This document shows, piece after piece, positions 10,979 to 24,300 of a DNA stretch of 64,000 nucleotides. A program made the translations under genes and the position numbers. The notes below the pieces were generated by a model. That model searched no databases. It saw only the letters and a program-made list of their open reading frames with translations, and was not told the DNA's origin. Origin of the DNA: Penicillus capitatus (taxonomy: Eukaryota > Plantae > Chlorophyta). Location: NCBI GenBank assembly GCA_965649825.1, contig OZ287714.1, positions 124,001-188,000 on the forward strand, written 5' to 3'. Within the stretch, counting starts at the first letter, position 1, and each line of letters starts with the position of its first letter.

Positions 10979-12153
10979 ATGTCGGATCCTTCGGGCGCGC
11001 AAGAGAAAGAAACGTCGCCTCCCGTCGAACCAGACGACGCGTTATTGCGCGAAGGTCTCGAGGCGCTGAAGGTAAAGGCACATCGACGGCTGGTTTGACG
11101 CTTTGGTCGCTATCCGACGTCCTGCAGGAAGGTCATTTCGAGGAGGCAGCGGAGTTCTTTGGCGAAATTCTGGAAGAGAGGGTCGAAAAACACGGCGGCA
11201 AGAATCGTTTGCCAATCTGTGACGGGTCTGACACGACCTGTGGCGTAGAGTTGGCCATCGAATGCGCTTTGCCCGGCTATTACTATGGACTCTCTTTACT
11301 CCACGTGGCTCAGTCCTCCAAAGAGATCTTTGCAGAGAACGAAGATGCGACAGGCGATGACGCTGAGCCTCCTGACGATAATACAGCTGACCTCGCCATT
11401 GCATGGGAAACGCTGGAATGCGCCAGACACAACTTTGAAAGCAGTGCCTCTCCTGTCCCTCATCACTCACAGCTTACAGGCAGGTACCCTTTTCAGCTAT
11501 TCCTTCTCACATATGACGCCTTAGATGTTCATATTGCTTTGGGAGATGTTGCGTCCGAGACATCCAACTTCGAATCCGCCTTGACAGAATACAGAAAAGC
11601 GGTCTCTCATCTCGAGCAGTGTACAGATGCAGAAGGCATGTCGCACGATCGATCTGGTGGCACACAGAGGCGATTCTGTGAGATCTATTACAAGATGTGC
11701 CTCTCCTGGGAATTCCTTGACGATCTCAAAGAAGCCAGCGTATGTTGTGACAAAGCGATTGACGCCATTCGTCTGGAGATGGCGTCGTTGGGGGACACAT
11801 CTGAGTCGAGCGCTGAACTGAAGGAGATCGAGAAAGACTTGATCGAACGGAAGGAAGCGATTGAGATCAGCAAACGCGAGACAGACCAAGTGAAAGATTC
11901 GCTGCGCGAGATGCTCCAGCAGAGACTCCCTGAGATGCACGAGAAGAAAGAAGAGGTTCCTGTGGACTTGGGAATTGTCGGTCGTGGCAAACAACGCATT
12001 CACGTCCATGAGAAAACGGATGCAGAGAATGTCTCCAAACTTGAAGTCGCCTCTCCAGTTTCCCGCAAGCGAGCAACGGATCCCAATGAACATGAAGTGA
12101 CTCTGTCTGGCAAGAAAACGAAAACGGACGATGATAGTCATGTGGATACGTAA
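10979..12153 (+). CDS. NASP: NASP/Sim3/Hif1-type histone H3 chaperone (SHNi-TPR)
   Basis: EAAEFFGEILE, ELAIECA..YYYGLSLL, acidic insert, DLAIAWETLECAR, DVHIALGDVASETSNFESALTEY; basic C-terminal patch (RKR...KKTK). Confidence 0.85.
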
Positions 12154-12844
12154 AGTGGTTTTAAAACGACGTGTGTAACAAGATCGAAAGGTTTTATGAA
12201 TTGGTCAGTTTTGTCGACTTCTTGTTTGCTCGGATCATAACTTTGGTGTCCAAATCCGCCTAGTCAGTTGTAGGGGATCAGATTATACCTTATGACTTAT
12301 CCTGATTCGGCCGTTCCTTGGCAGCATGGCGAGTAGATCTGATTCACTAGGAGGCTATCGTCGAGGGTTCGATGGCGAGGTAGGGCGGTATTTTGTTCGT
12401 CTGCTCGTTCCGACATTCGTGCGCGGCTTTAGTATACGTTCAGGAACGGGTTTATCGCCGATCTGTTACCCAGTAAGGTAGACGGATGCTCCCGAGTGGA
12501 CGGCTCCTCGCTGCGTTCGTAATCAGTCTTTGACAAAGAAACAGACACGAAAACAACAGATAGCTCAGAAACCCGACAAGCGTTTCATATACACCTCGAC
12601 CGGTTCGTAAGCGAACACCGGCGGCCAGCTCCGTGTTTAGAAGCCCGTCACGGAGCAGATGCTAAGGAGTTTCTTTTGTGCTGACGACGTGATGCTGAAC
12701 TTCACGGTGATGCTAATTGCTTCCAGCTAAGCACGGTCTTTGCGCGTTTTCACGACCCGTATTTAAACGTGTTACCAGCGGGAGCCACACAATAGAGAAC
12801 ACTTTCCTTGACAGTGCGCACATTTCCATAGCCATTCATTTGCA

Positions 12845-14361
12845 ATGAACAAGACGGAATTGTCTTCCCGACGCGCTGCCGTGGCGCTAGGGGTTCTGAT
12901 AGTATTGGTTGTGTTCCAGGTTCACCCTGCCGTCTGTCAGAGTGAATGCTTCTGCTCAACGACTGGTCTGAGCAATGGCGTTGAAGTCGAAAAGCCGAGA
13001 TGCATGTTACGGTCCGAGTCCGCAACGCAACCAACTTGCTATGCCCAAGATTCGACAGACTGCAAAGGACCCATGGAATCCATTGAGCACATTGGTGCTG
13101 CTCTCATTCCATGTTCCGTCGCGGAAGCGTTGTTTACGGCGGCTGAATTGAATGATGTCGATTCGATTGTCCGATTTCGAGAGCTCGGAGCCTCACTTGA
13201 TATCGAAAGAAACGTTTCTTACGGCGGTTTCGGATACCGAGTCATCTCACTTATCGACTATGCCGTCGTTTGGGGAAGCTTTGATGTCATCGAAGACATG
13301 ATGCTCAATGGAGAGTATGATTGCGACGACCACATTTCTCTTCGTTACAAGCTTTGTCGTCTGTCAAATGAGAAGCACTGCCATAAAGACGATGAAAGAA
13401 GGGAAGCGATGCAGGGCTTCATCAATATGTTTGTCGAAAGAACTTGTGAGGAGGTAAGCCAGTTTCTAGAAAAGGGACAAATTTCGATGGCGTTGTCGCA
13501 GGCCGTAATCCAACCTGTTGAGAAACCAGGGCAAAACAGGAAGATGCTAAACGAAGCAAGGGTGAAGGTAACGCCCAGCGTGGATGCTCACTGCGACGAA
13601 TACCGCTACTTTGTTTCACTACGTACGTCGATAGAGGAAGGGTACCGTCACGTCTGCGGCGGCGCACTTGTTTCAGACAATGCGGTATTGACTGCTGCAC
13701 ATTGTATGAATGGAGCTGGAGGTTCTGACGTTCGACTTCTGGCGGTGAATGCACACAGCATTAAAGCTGACGGAACTGCCTGCCCCGACACAACTGAAGT
13801 GCACCTTCTTTTCCTGTGGCTATGAAAGTGAATCCACTCCTTGTGCTGCAGATACGAAGCGTAGCAGCAATCGAGATTCATCCAGATTGGTATACGGGAG
13901 AGAAGCCCCAAGCCTTGGGCAATGGATATGATTTGGCCCTGATCAGGTTGAACGAAACATCCAGCAAGACGCCGGTCAGGATTCAGGGAAAGGACGATGA
14001 TGCGGGGGATTCCTTGCAGGTCGTCGGATTGGGCAGGCAAAGTGCTAGTAGTGGTTATGCAACCAACCACCGAGTGGCCGAGGTATCCGGACTCGATAAG
14101 GAGGAATGTAATAGAATATACGGCACAACTTTCCAAGCAAGCATCCTCTGCACAGAGCCTGAACCGGAGTTCTGTGAGGGAGACGGAGGCGGGCCTCTGA
14201 TTTATACGACATCCTTTGAGGACGCACTGGTTGGCATTGCACATTTGAAACATCCATCTGATGTGTGCGGGTTGCGGGACTTCCCTGGATTATATGCTGA
14301 CATTAGACACTCGGAGCAATGGATTAAAGAGACGTTGGAGAGCTTCTCTGAAGAATCATGA
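12845..14361 (+). CDS. Secreted protein: Cys-rich module + ankyrin-like segment + trypsin-fold (S1) domain with catalytic Ser replaced by Gly
   Basis: Signal peptide (AAVALGVLIVLVVFQVHPAVC); HVCGGALVSDNAVLTAAHC; YDLALIRL; FCEGDGGGPL (GAC GGA GGC GGG CCT) in place of GDSGGP; one intron ~13800..13851. Confidence 0.88.
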
Positions 14362-14561
14362 AGATCAGCGCGTTCGTTTGTGCCTTTGAATCAAGCCTTG
14401 TTAGGAAAATTCTCTTCTAATATGCTACATATCCGTATGTTTGAATATTCTAAGCAGTTCTGAACAGCTGCAAACTCAATGTCTCGTTACTTGCGTGCCA
14501 GTTTTGCCCGCGGATCGCTGTCGTTAATGTCCGTCGACGTTCTCATTTGTCCGACCATTGA

Positions 14562-15742
14562 ATGAAGCCCTTGTTCGTCTCGCCCGCGCAGGGCAAAACA
14601 CCTATTCCTCGTCGGACGTTTTCAGCAACTCCAAACGAGAGAATCTGCCTGAGGCGACCCGCAGCGTTCCGATGCCGAGCTCAGGTGAAGTTCTACGTCA
14701 GATTCGTCGACATTCACTGTGATCTCACAGACACGAGACCTTAACAAACGCATAGCGGAGTTCTACGACAACAGTTCCGGTCTCTGGGAGGACATATGGG
14801 GCGAGCATATGCATCACGGTCTCTCTCTTTAGATCGACACCCGATTCGAGTTGCCGCTGTTCAGGGATCTACCGTCCAGAGAATCCGCCTGCTAGTCACA
14901 GACAAGCTCAGATTGATCTTATCGAGGAGGTGCTGAAGTGGGCCAACGTCCGATCTCCACAGAAAGCAAGCACCAGAAGATGGGCTGCGGCACTGAAGAT
15001 GCCGCGTTTTGCAGATTCTTGACGTGGGTTGCGGCATCGGAGGCAGCGCTCGGTATCTGGCTCGGAAGTTCGGAGGGTCAGCCAGAGGAGTGACCCTCAG
15101 CCCTGCGCAGGCATCCCGTGCAACGGAGCTGACGAAACAGGCAGATCTGACAGATCGTGTCTCCTTCGACGTCTGCGATGCACTGAACCTCACATTCAAC
15201 GACGAGACGTTCGACCTGATTTGGTCTCTCGAAAGCGGAGAACACATGCCAAACAAAAGGTGTTTCGCCGTATCCCTTCGGATGGACTGAAGGAGAGAAT
15301 CCCTGTCCCATTCAGGAAGTTTGTTGAGGAGATGGTGCGCGTCTGCGAGCCTGGAGGTCAAATTGTGATCGTCACTTGGTGTCATCGCCCGCTCGAGTCT
15401 CCAAAAGCGACATCTTCTGCTTTGACATGGCAAGAGAAGACATTGCTTGACTGGATCAACGCAGCCTACGCCCTGCCCGACTGGGTCTCCATCGAAACAT
15501 ACCAAAAGCTCTTCGATGCGTACGGCCTGGAAGATGTCAAAGTAGAGGACTGGTCTTCGCTGGTCGAGCCGTTCTGGGGAGCTGTCATCGAGACAGCTCT
15601 CACATGGGAAGGGATGACAGGACTCTTGAAATCTGGATCATCTGCCCTCACCGGTGCACTGGTTATGCCTCTCATGCAACAAGGATTCAGAATGAACACC
15701 ATCAAGTTCAACTTGATTACGGGAAGAAAAGGAATATCTTAA
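14562..15742 (+). CDS. VTE4: Gamma-tocopherol O-methyltransferase (plastid), spliced
   Basis: IAEFYDNSSGLWEDIWGEHMHHG, QAQIDLIEEVL, ILDVGCGIGGSARYLA, WSLESGEHMPNK, IVTWCHR, MPLMQQGF. Confidence 0.95.
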
Positions 15743-15950
15743 AAAAATGTCTTTGCAACACAGATGCTTCTGTCAATGCCTTCTTTACTCGCGATGCATT
15801 CTGCCAGATTGACATCGCGGCCGGATCGGTGCGCGCACAGGTGAATGATGACTCTCGTCATCCCCCACCCCACGCTCTTGTGGATAGGACACCGACGGAT
15901 ATATAGGTCTTTGGTTTTATTGTCTTCTTGATCATTCTTTCACTTCAGTT

Positions 15951-18109
15951 ATGGAGGTCAGACGCCGTTCTATCCCCGAGACACTGCGTCTCATGCAGAA
16001 CGCCGTAAAGCGTGGCTGTCTAACAGACGCTATGCAACACGGGAGGGCATGCGTTCGGCCTCTGTCTCTAACAACTTCTGAAGTCACATATGGCCCTCAG
16101 TTATCGTCCGGCGCTGAGAGTCGAATCTTTAAAGGAACATATCTAGAGCGTTCCGTTGCTATAAAGAAGCCCATCATACGGACATCCTTTGATTTGGAAC
16201 GTTTCCGCGATGAGTTGAGAATTATGGCCTCTCTTGACCATCCATCGATCGTTTCAGTGTTGGGCGCCTGTGCTCTACCGCCAAATTACTTTATGATTCT
16301 ATCCCTAGAAAACAGCAGTTACTATGACGCATTGTACGAAGAGGGATATCGTCCTGACTGGCGCGAGGTGATGCAACTGGGAAGACAGTTATCAAGCGCA
16401 ATGGCACATGTCCACGATCGAGGCATTCTGCACAGAGACATCAAAACGCGCAATGTACTGAGAGGGACAGACGGAGATGCAAAGCTCATCGACTTCGGAA
16501 TTGCAAAAGAGCTGGGCACGGCATCTCTGGAGACCCGTCAACATCCATCTGGGGGCTTTTACAAGAGGAAGATGTTGGGGACGTTGGAGTACATGGCACC
16601 CGAGGTGCTGCAAGGCAGAGGGCATGTTTACGCTTCCGATGTGTATGCCTTTGCAGTCACCTTGAATGAGATTGCCTGTGGAGTATATCCATTTGCTGAC
16701 TGCAATAAAGAGAATCCCGACGCCCATACGGTGCTGGAGATGGGGTATGGTCGACAGGAATTGGCAGCGGCAGTGGTGGCCGAAGGGCTACGACCAACAC
16801 TGCCATCTCACTGTCCACCGGTCTTTGCAGAAACCATGAAAGCCTGCTGGGAATTGAATCCGTCAGCGAGGCCATCGTTCTCTGAACTTCATGCGCGGTT
16901 TACAGATTTCTGTTCACAGTGTGGCCGTTTCGATATCCCTGTTCAGATGCCGACACACCACACGACACCAGATGGCGACGACATCAACAGTTATCCAGCG
17001 TGTCTCTCGTCCAAACAAGGACCGCTAAAGACAATGCCCGGCAATGGAGAGTGGTTATTCGAGGCATCCAATGGACACGATGCGTTACATATCACATGCG
17101 GTGTCTACGAGACGGCTGGATTTCGTGGCGAGGATCGGATGGAAGATCGACACCTCATGTGCATGCAATATATGGATCAACCCAATTGCACTCTACTGGG
17201 TCCGCCTATCAAACCCCTTGTTTCAGTGGATGCTCATTCTGACTTGCAGGTGTGTTTGATGGACATCGAGGATCTGAAACATCTCAGTTTGCTGTGGATC
17301 ACTTTGGGGATGTCTTGAGTGATAGGCTCCATTGTTCTGCCTCGGCCGAAGATGCTTTGTCCTCGAGCTTTCTGGAAATTGAGTCGCTGTTTGAAGCGAC
17401 AGCCTCGGCCAGAATTGAAGAAGCTAGAGGGGCACGATACCCTGGATGCACGGCCCTTGCCATTCTGATCCACCATCGCACGCTCTACATCGCCAATGCC
17501 GGTACATCCCTTACGCTCTTGACGTACTCTTCTAGTTATGTCTTGATTCCAGGCGACTGCCGAGCAGTGTTGTGTCGCGGAGGCATGGCTTGGCCGCTGA
17601 CACGCGATCACACCGCTATGGACGATCAAGAACGCATACGGGTTCAGCGATCAGGCACGGCCTTTATTCACTGGCGCAAAGGCAGTTGGAGAATTGGAAG
17701 AGCCGGAATTCAGGTCACACGTTCCCTCGGTGATATGGATCTCAAACAGTGCGGTGTCAGTGCCGATCCAGAAGTCCTGGTCTGCGAATGCACGTCCGAA
17801 GACAGTTTCATCATCCTCGGCAGCGATGGTCTATGGGATGTCATATCAAACCAAGAAGCCGTTCAGTATGTGCATGATACGGTTAAGCATCCAGACATGT
17901 GTGCCAAACGCCTTGCCAACGAAGCGCTTACACGTGGCAGTCAAGACAACATTACGGTCATCGTTGCTTTTCTACGACCCGTTACAACACTGGAGAAAAT
18001 CTTTGCAAATAAAGAGAATGTCAACAAGATATCTAGTCGAGCAGCTAAAACGTCTGAATATGGAAGATTGCCTCGAATGGCTGCAGATGAAATGCTGGAA
18101 GTGCTCTGA
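15951..18109 (+). CDS. Protein kinase-PP2C fusion protein (green-plant type), spliced
   Basis: VAIKKP, HRDIKTRNVL, DFG, GTLEYMAPE kinase motifs followed by GEDRMED, FDGHRG, GDCRAV, VTRSLGD, SDGLWDV, GSQDNITV. Confidence 0.95.
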
Positions 18110-18449
18110 ACTGACGACGGTTGTTTGTTTGATTGTTGCATAAGTGCAACATTTCATTGAAGTGTGATGGATTCCCTTCTTTGATGTCTGTTTGCATCTC
18201 TGTGCTAATGGAACAGTTATGGGCAAATCTGTAGTACCATTGTCAGGAAAGGATAAACGTGACCCTCACGCTCCCCTCTATGGATCGGAAAGAAACGCCA
18301 TCTGTATCGACAGATCGCTCAACTGGACGCCGACAGGTATCCGAAGAGAACACAGAGAAAACGTCGCCACAAAGGCAACACTTTATTTCGTGTTTCTGTT
18401 CGCTGAAGAGGTCCGACAAAAATTCGAAGCCATTGCAAGGTTGACATAT

Positions 18450-19151
18450 CGATCAAGTCTTTGTCGGTTGCTCTCCGGTCGATTTCGTATCGCTTTCTTT
18501 TCCATCCTTCTCACCTCCGTAGCCCTGTCCACAGCATCCCGCCTTAGAGCATCGTCCTGTCCATCGAGGACTTGGATGACGAGATTCGTTAGCTGTTCGA
18601 TGTATCGCTGCATGTTTGGTTGAACATCTGCCGTCATTCCTTCCGACTGCAGGCTACTCAACTGGAGACCCACCCACACATGCATGACTCAGTGCACCGA
18701 AGGCTATTCGTCGCTTGCACTTTTTGTTTCCGTTTCTGTTCTTCCACTTCCAGTGCTGCCACTCGTGCAGCTCGCTGTGCCTTTTCCTGTTCGATTCTGA
18801 GAAAAAAGTGTGTGTATGTGTGACATTTGCTAAAATGTGAGATGGCGGGTACTTCTGGCATTCCTCCACTGTTGGAGGCTCCTTTCGAAATTTGTGCAAC
18901 CAGGCCAACCATTCCGGAGGCAGTGTCAAGGGATCATACTCTCCCCGCACGGCAAAATCCACTTCCCGTTTCTCGATCATGCGTCCAGTGTAAGTAGGCT
19001 CCTTCTGCTTCCACCTGTCGATTCATCACTACTCGAAGAGAAGGCTTCTGGATCTGACCGACCTGTAATATTTGTTTCCATTCTTGTCCGTTCCGACCAG
19101 CTCCCGACCATCGAAGAACTTTCGCACCCCGTTCAAGAAACGTCGCAACAT
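18450..19151 (-). CDS. NDUFA12/NDUFAF2 (B17.2) family complex I subunit or assembly factor; 3' end approximate
   Basis: MLRRFLNG..ELVGTDKNGNKYYR | ..REVDF..YDPLTLPPEWLAWLHKFRKEPPT. Confidence 0.8.
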
Positions 19152-19294
19152 TGCCGTACTGTAGATGAGGAGACTCCATGCAGACGCCAGGCTGTCCATG
19201 CGATGCGACCATGGAGAGCTGCTGCCAAAGAGATGCGAGGCAAAGAAGAGTCGCCGAGAAACAGAGAGAAAAGCTGAGAAGCGTCGATCTGTCA

Positions 19295-20289
19295 ATGCAG
19301 CCACTCATTGCTCGCAAAACGGCAGTCGGAGTGGTTCCGAATGCGTTATCCGAGGACGAGGATGACGAAAGTAGTTCTCACTCTTACAGACTGAACTGGA
19401 GAGAAAAGGAATTTCGCCTTCTCCAGTTCCGGCGTGCATTCGTCAGCGATTCATGTCTCGAATTCGAAAAGGGCAACAGAACACTGAGCTGCTCTCCAGC
19501 AAAAGAGTGAGATTTTTCGTGAATACGGTTGGAGAGAGTGAGAGGGTTAAGGTCTGTGCATCGACGGTGTCGATTCATGAAATGAGCTGTCGCCTCAGGA
19601 GTGGCTGAGAAGCCAAAACTGCGTTGTCATGGCTTATCTTTTCCGCAGACCGAATGCCGTAACCTTGCAAAGATCATAGATTCCAGTTATGGCTTATGTG
19701 TTCAGATACATGAGCGGATATTGGTCAGGTACTTCACTAAGCAGGAGGACGACATCTATCTTCTGCATTGCCAAATCGCTACAGCGGCGATCGCTGCCTC
19801 TTGCTTTGGTATTCATTCCTTGTCAAGTAATCTCGATGGCTCATTGCAAAGAGAACGCGCCAGGACCAATCGTCCTTGGCGATTTCTCTAGGTCTGGCGG
19901 TATTCACTGATGGACGGTTGGTGATGCAAAGTCCACTTCGAAATCTGCTCGTCCAGCAGCGACTGAACATACACAAGGTCACACTTTGTTGCGATGTCTT
20001 GATGCAATGACTTTTGGATGTGTAGTTGGTCGAGGTGTTTCGGCCACACGTCCCACAGCTGCAGTCCGATGATGAAGATGAGGAACAGGACGTGAGCATT
20101 TCCAGCAATGACCTACGATATCACGCTAACCCCTGTCTGTTGTTTAGGAGAGCATTTGTGTGGTTTGTGGACGAGACTATCCGCACGAACATATCCCTGC
20201 TTTGTCCATCCAATCTTCTGAGGACGACAGCAGCTCGGAGAGCGACGGACCGTTCTCATGATGTCACCCATGTGTTTGACAATACTTAA
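19295..20289 (+). CDS. Multi-exon hypothetical protein; exon structure only partly resolved
   Basis: Coding-like segments separated by ~50-nt GT-AG gaps (IPACIRQRFMSRIRKG..., YMSGYWSG, LAVFTDGRLVMQSPLRNLLVQQRLNIHK|LVEVFRPHVP). No family recognised. Confidence 0.45.
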
Positions 20290-20457
20290 CATGAATGATC
20301 CTCACCCTCTCTTCTCGAGACGGCGACAAGAAAAACAGCATCTGTAGAGACTGAAATGTATGATGTCTCCTCCATCTCGACAGCCATTCGATCGTCATTT
20401 CCCGAGCCGATCTGTTCGCCAACCACATCATCTTTCAACGCGTGGAGGACAAGTGCG

Positions 20458-21227
20458 ATGGCGATGATGTATCGTATCGGAACCATGATTCGCGAGACGG
20501 GTCAGGCGCTGGAGCGTCTCGGCTGCCGTCTCGTTGGCGTCGACGCTTTTCAAGAAGACAGTACGTCGACGCCTCTCTCAATGGGCCTTCAATCGTTATG
20601 GATCTTCTGTGTGCAGTCCTGCGACACCGCTCCGTCATGAACATCGGATTTCTCAGGCCTATACTCAGCGACACGACATGGGTCGCCCCAAATGCCTCCG
20701 TGGTCGGAAACGCCACGATGGGCAACAGTACCTCTGTTTGGTATGGCGCTGTTATCAAAGGTCTCTAACTTCTCTCGCTCAATGGTCACACAAATGAGAA
20801 TGCAGGAGATGAATCGCCAGTCCACGTGGGCGACGGATCCAATATTCAAGACGGTGCAGTGGTAGGTGTGGGTCTGACCAGCACATCCGATAAGATGGCG
20901 ACCGTCATCGGGAAAAATGTGACAGTCGGTCACAAAGCAACCCTGAGCGGGTGCACCGTCGAGGACGGATGCTTGATTGGAATGGGTGCGATCGTGAGAC
21001 ATGGCGTTTTGATGGAACAGGGATCCATGGTCGCCGCTGCCGCCGTCGTGCCTGCCAATACCCGCATTCCTTCCAATCAGCTATGGGGTGGCAATCCTGC
21101 CAAGTACATGCGTCATTTGAAGAAAGAGGAGGCGGCGTTTCTGCCAGTTTCGGCTCAGAAATACATTGAATTGGCACAACAGCATGCATCTGTCACATCA
21201 GCTATGCAGAAGAAACTCGATGCATAG
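20458..21227 (+). CDS. Mitochondrial complex I gamma-carbonic anhydrase-type subunit (hexapeptide beta-helix)
   Basis: IRETGQALERLGCRL N-terminus, WVAPNASVVG, SVWYGAVIK|GD, NIQD, VTVGH, LIGMGA, LWGGNPAKYMRHL. Confidence 0.92.
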
Positions 21228-21304
21228 ATTGAACGGTTTGATGTCGACGATGTGCGTGAGACATCAGCAGAACCTTGTTATCTTGTGCACTTCTGTTGTT
21301 CCAT

Positions 21305-24300
21305 TTACGTCCGTATCTGCGTGCGGGAGCAGACCAATCCAGATGCATCTGCTCCTATCTTAGTCAGATTTCCCAGAGGACAGATGTCTCCTTCACGTTC
21401 GGGACAGAACCGTGCTCCGGTGTATGGACACTCCACGAACTTCTTGCCTCTGTAGATCGGCGTAAGGGTCAGACTGCAAATATCAAACGGATTCCGTGGA
21501 TCATAGTCGATCTTTGCTTCATCCTTCGGGTTCTTTTCGCACTGGGCCAGAACAGCACGCGCTTGCTGAGCCGACTGCAGACAGCAAATGGGCAAACCGT
21601 CCATTCAACCACAAGGGATCTCACCTTTGGACCTGGGTTCAACTCGATGAGCCTTCTGCAGAAGGTTGCACAGGAGGCAAAGTTCTTGAGCTTGAAGAAG
21701 ACATTCATGGCAGATCTCAGTCCCAGTACCAGATGCACGTTCTCCAATTTGCAGTGGGTGAAGTAAGCCGCCAGTTCAGCTGACCGTTTCAGGTCATCCT
21801 TACAGTCTTTCCTCGTGGTCTCGCAGCGAAGTGCGATGAGATACTCTCGCGCAATGCCGATGAGCTCTTTCACATCGTCCACTTCTTTTCGCGTTTCCAC
21901 AGAGAGCAGTGGAATCTGATGGAGCATAGTGGAGAAGGATACGACAGCATCATTGAATTTGCCAGCCGTCACCAATTTGTACCCTCGCTTCACTTCTTCC
22001 TCCAGCATCTCCAGCGTAAAGACGACGGCAGGTGCCACGGGGGCACTACTCTGTGCATCGCCATCCCAACTTCTGTCGATATAGGCAACAGATGAAGGTA
22101 ATGAACAGAGACCCGGTACAGCGAGCTGCGCTCCACGATGCAGTTGAATCATGAATGGCTTCAGAGGTGCGAAGTTCGTGATGCCAAGCTGACGGTTAAG
22201 CAATCTCATGGCTGTGTCAAAGTCACCAGCGCAGCACAGTTCAGCTGCCAAGGAGGATTTCTGGCTCCACTTGGCTGGAACGGACTGGCCAGGCGTCGGT
22301 GCCACAAATGCCAGAGATGCAGACGATTCTGCAGCCATGGACGGCACACTGGGCAATTCCAGATCCTAAAGGCGAGACAAGAGGAAGGAAACGAACTTTA
22401 GTGCAGGAGCCAAACCTCCATGTCCCAGCCGCCATCTTCGTCCTCGTCCTCCACGTCGTTCTCCGGCAGACCCGTTTCGTCCAAGTCATCTTCGCCCCAA
22501 GCGCCGCCAGCTTCAATCTCCTCCATGGCTTCATTGATCTCTTCGATCCGTGCCTGCTGCTTCGAATCCGGTTTCGGAATGGCACTGTCGAAGAATCCTT
22601 TGCTGACAGTGAGCAGTGGCCAATTGGCTTCTCTCATGATGGGAATCGGAGGAAAGAGCAGTCCTTCTTCCCGTTCGTCCATTTCTGGCTCTTCAGCCAA
22701 ATCTTGTCTCAATCTTTCAGCCTCCTCCGTCAGACCGTGTGTCTTTGCCGTCAGGTATGCCAACGGCAATTGTCCGGAATCCTCAAGGATTTTGACACGC
22801 TCTCTGACATCGCCGACGTACAGAGCCGTCTGAAACCGTCCCATCGCATCATCATACATCTCATAGATCTTCAACATCTTGGACAGACGTTCGACGTTCC
22901 CTGTGATGAGATAGAGAAAACAAAGCCGTTCAAAGTTCTTCGTCTTCTGATAGGAAAACTCCACGATTTGATGATTGCCTTGTTTCAGCGCTTCGAGTCC
23001 CAGACGATACCAAGTATCCTTGTCGTCCAATTCTTGAGCCGATTGCAACGCCACCTGCAACAGACGTCCACAGGCGATATGGAACCAGGCATTCGAACTT
23101 CGATGTTGCCGCATTCGATGGCCAGATTGAATCGCAGGCGTTGATCCTTGACAAAGTGCAGCGCCACTTCTGGAAATCCTTTTTCTTGCAGGTAGGCAAT
23201 GATGGCTTGACCACAGAGCTCCTGCTCTCGAATCATGTGCATGACGCGATCGTATTCTCCCTGAACCAGTGCCAATTTGAAGAGGTATTCTGAACTGTCG
23301 ATCTCGACTCTCTTTGTCCGGCCTTCCCTGTCCAGGCAAAAAACAACATTCCCCGAGACTTTGGTCACGTAAACGCAGTCTTCTAGTGTCTTGATGATGC
23401 CGTTGTCGCCATTTGGCAGACAGTACTTAAGGTGATTGTGTGTTGTGTAGATCAAGACATCGTTGGCATCGAAAGCAGCACTCTTGACGCGCATCGCTTC
23501 GTGCACCGTGCATGAATTCAGTAGCTTCTTGTCGGACAAGGTAACGGCATGTTTGCTCAACAATGCCACCTTCGTCATGGCTTCATTCCAGACAACATAC
23601 TTGATCGTCGACACACTCAACTCAGCAGATGTCGATCTCTGCTGGACATCGAAGAGCATCATTTTGTCTTCGGAGTGCACCAGTAGCGATCCGGTACCCG
23701 CGTAGAAGATCGCAGTGGTGATGCTGCATGGAGAAGCAACCTTCTTGGTGATCTCGTTCTGTAGATTGCGAATCTGAATCTGGTTGTATGTCTTGTCCAG
23801 GACAGCGAAGCGATTACGGGCAATAAATACAGCCGAAGCTCCCAGTCCTGTCTTGGGGTCCTTGACGCATATCGCCCCGTTGGATGCAGACCCATCAAAG
23901 GAACACTTACTGGAGACGTCTCTCCACGGCTCATGTCTTTGGGCAACTGATAGAGCTCGAAAGAACCGCCATCTGCATCGCCCGTCAGCAAAATCGCATG
24001 CTCTGCTGGATTGTAAGACAGGGCACGGTAAGAAGAGCCAGCACCCAGTGTGCCTGGACGACGGATGGAGATGATAGGATTGTCCTTTTGGGTCTTGAAC
24101 TCATAGCACCGGACATATCTATCCTTGATGTAGTAGAGTGTATCGCGGTAGGCAACACATGGCAGACGCTCTCTCTCCAATTTGAAAACAATCATACCAC
24201 TGCACACAACATCTGCAGTGCCGATTGAGAAGGGGAATCCGTCCATCACCTGTCGTGTCCTGCCGCCAGTAGATTCTGTTCTGGATGCGCCGCCAAGACC

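Noticed and set aside
12200-12800. Telomerase, SRP, U3 or RNase MRP RNA
   Set aside because: No full telomere template, SRP helix-8 motif, C/D boxes or P4 motifs could be matched.
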